Positions 63,133-64,000 of a DNA stretch of 64,000 bases are shown one piece after another (positions within the stretch are counted from its first letter, which is position 1; the number at the start of each line of letters is the position of its first letter). The notes below the pieces were generated by a model that saw only the letters and a list, made by a program, of their open reading frames with translations, did no database searches and was not told the origin of the DNA. The translations under genes and the position numbers were made by a program. Source of the DNA: a virus; IMG/VR virus record IMGVR_UViG_3300021142_000012, positions 1-64,000 of that record. The stretch is one strand, 5' to 3'.

Positions 63133-64000
63133 TTATAAGTTTTGTGTGAATGCCCAAGAGCCGGCAGTAAGGGTAAACAATTTTTTATAAACAACACTAC
63201 TTTGTGTGGTCCATAGACGGCAAATTACCCCGTTTTGATGTTCTGCCGGGGGGAACATTACAGTGATTACATTAGTAGCTATCTGCGCATCTGTTTGCCC
63301 TGTAGTATCGATATTTCCTAATGCCAAGGGTTGGCTGCTTGCTGTAGTATCTACGTAACTCTTGTTGGCTGCGTCGGTATTCTGTGTCGGGGTAGCTACA
63401 CTAGTAATTTTAGAACTACTTACATCAACTGTTCCTGTACCTTTAGGAGTTAGAGTAAGTGTTCCGTTAACAATACTTGGATTTGTAAAACTGATTGTGC
63501 TGCCAACAATACCAACGTTTGCTGCCTGAAGGGTGGTTAACGCACCAATACTAGTTAATCCCGGGGCACTTGTAACTGTTGGGCCTAGTTGATTATAAGA
63601 TAATACAGTAAATCCATTGATATTATAGGTTTTTGTATTAGCAACGTTAATAGTTTCTGAACTATTCCAGCTGGTAGTACTATTGCTCCATGTAATTGAT
63701 TTATCAGTAGTACCGTGTAGTACAATTCCACCACCATCTGCTGTAGTATCTGTAGGAGTAGCAACACTGCCTAATTCAATATATTTGTCACTTACTTTTA
63801 TAACTGTGGTATTAATTGCTGTCGTGGACCCTTTAACAGTTAAGCTACCTCGAATAACAGTATCACCATTAACATCTAACGCTGCTGTAGGCAACACAGT
63901 GTTGATACCGACATATTGGCTAGCAGCGTTAATGAAGAAGTTAGTCTGGACTCCGCCTGTTGTTAAAGTTTGAATTTGATAATTCTGCCCAACACTATTA
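63133..64000 (-). CDS. Tail fibre-like protein, 5'-truncated by the window edge
   Basis: Frame open to the window edge; ALDVNGD, TADGGGI, DAANKSYVD. Confidence 0.7.
   Translation of the reverse strand, partial: NSVGQNYQIQTLTTGGVQTNFFINAASQYVGINTVLPTAALDVNGDTVIRGSLTVKGSTTAINTTVIKVSDKYIELGSVATPTDTTADGGGIVLHGTTDKSITWSNSTTSWNSSETINVANTKTYNINGFTVLSYNQLGPTVTSAPGLTSIGALTTLQAANVGIVGSTISFTNPSIVNGTLTLTPKGTGTVDVSSSKITSVATPTQNTDAANKSYVDTTASSQPLALGNIDTTGQTDAQIATNVITVMFPPAEHQNGVICRLWTTQSSVVYKKLFTLTAGSWAFTQNL

Noticed and set aside
1-64000. Stop-codon reassignment
   Set aside because: Core genes are full length in the standard code, and TAA, TAG and TGA all end genes.
1-64000. tRNA, rRNA, introns, inteins, IS elements
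   Set aside because: I saw no cloverleaf, splicing or transposase motifs. Intergenic gaps are short and the polymerase, ClpA and ThyX look uninterrupted. This was a by-eye check only.

Overview
A 64-kb, AT-rich, gene-dense segment of a large T4-like (myovirus/jumbo-type) dsDNA phage, read in the standard genetic code. The host is probably Gram-negative (spanin pair, consensus sigma70 promoters). Left to right: baseplate/structural genes; a truncated DnaE fragment; GroES; clamp loader; PhoH; a lysis cassette; a DnaJ-Def-ClpA cassette; a block of probable internal-head proteins sharing T4-like capsid-targeting N-termini (including a KxDG ligase-like enzyme and an HxGH nucleotidyltransferase); family B DNA polymerase and putative sliding clamp; an extended 7-deazaguanine DNA-modification region (DpdA/TGT-like, QueD-like, FolE, QueE, glycosyltransferase, PD-(D/E)xK nuclease, cupin, PRTase, 2OG oxygenases, halogenase-like genes; no QueC in the window); RNase H; MoxR/VWA; ThyX; then a convergent minus-strand glycosyltransferase operon and tail-fibre genes. 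The best leads are: (1) the DpdA-like enzyme, and more weakly the adjacent nuclease, ends in the same TF(N/D)SLFE peptide as the polymerase, suggesting clamp-tethered, replication-coupled base modification; (2) a ~33-nt pseudoknot-like leader covering the folE RBS; (3) switch-like or operator-like leaders on phoH and the polymerase gene. All calls come from reading motifs by eye; no database searches were run.
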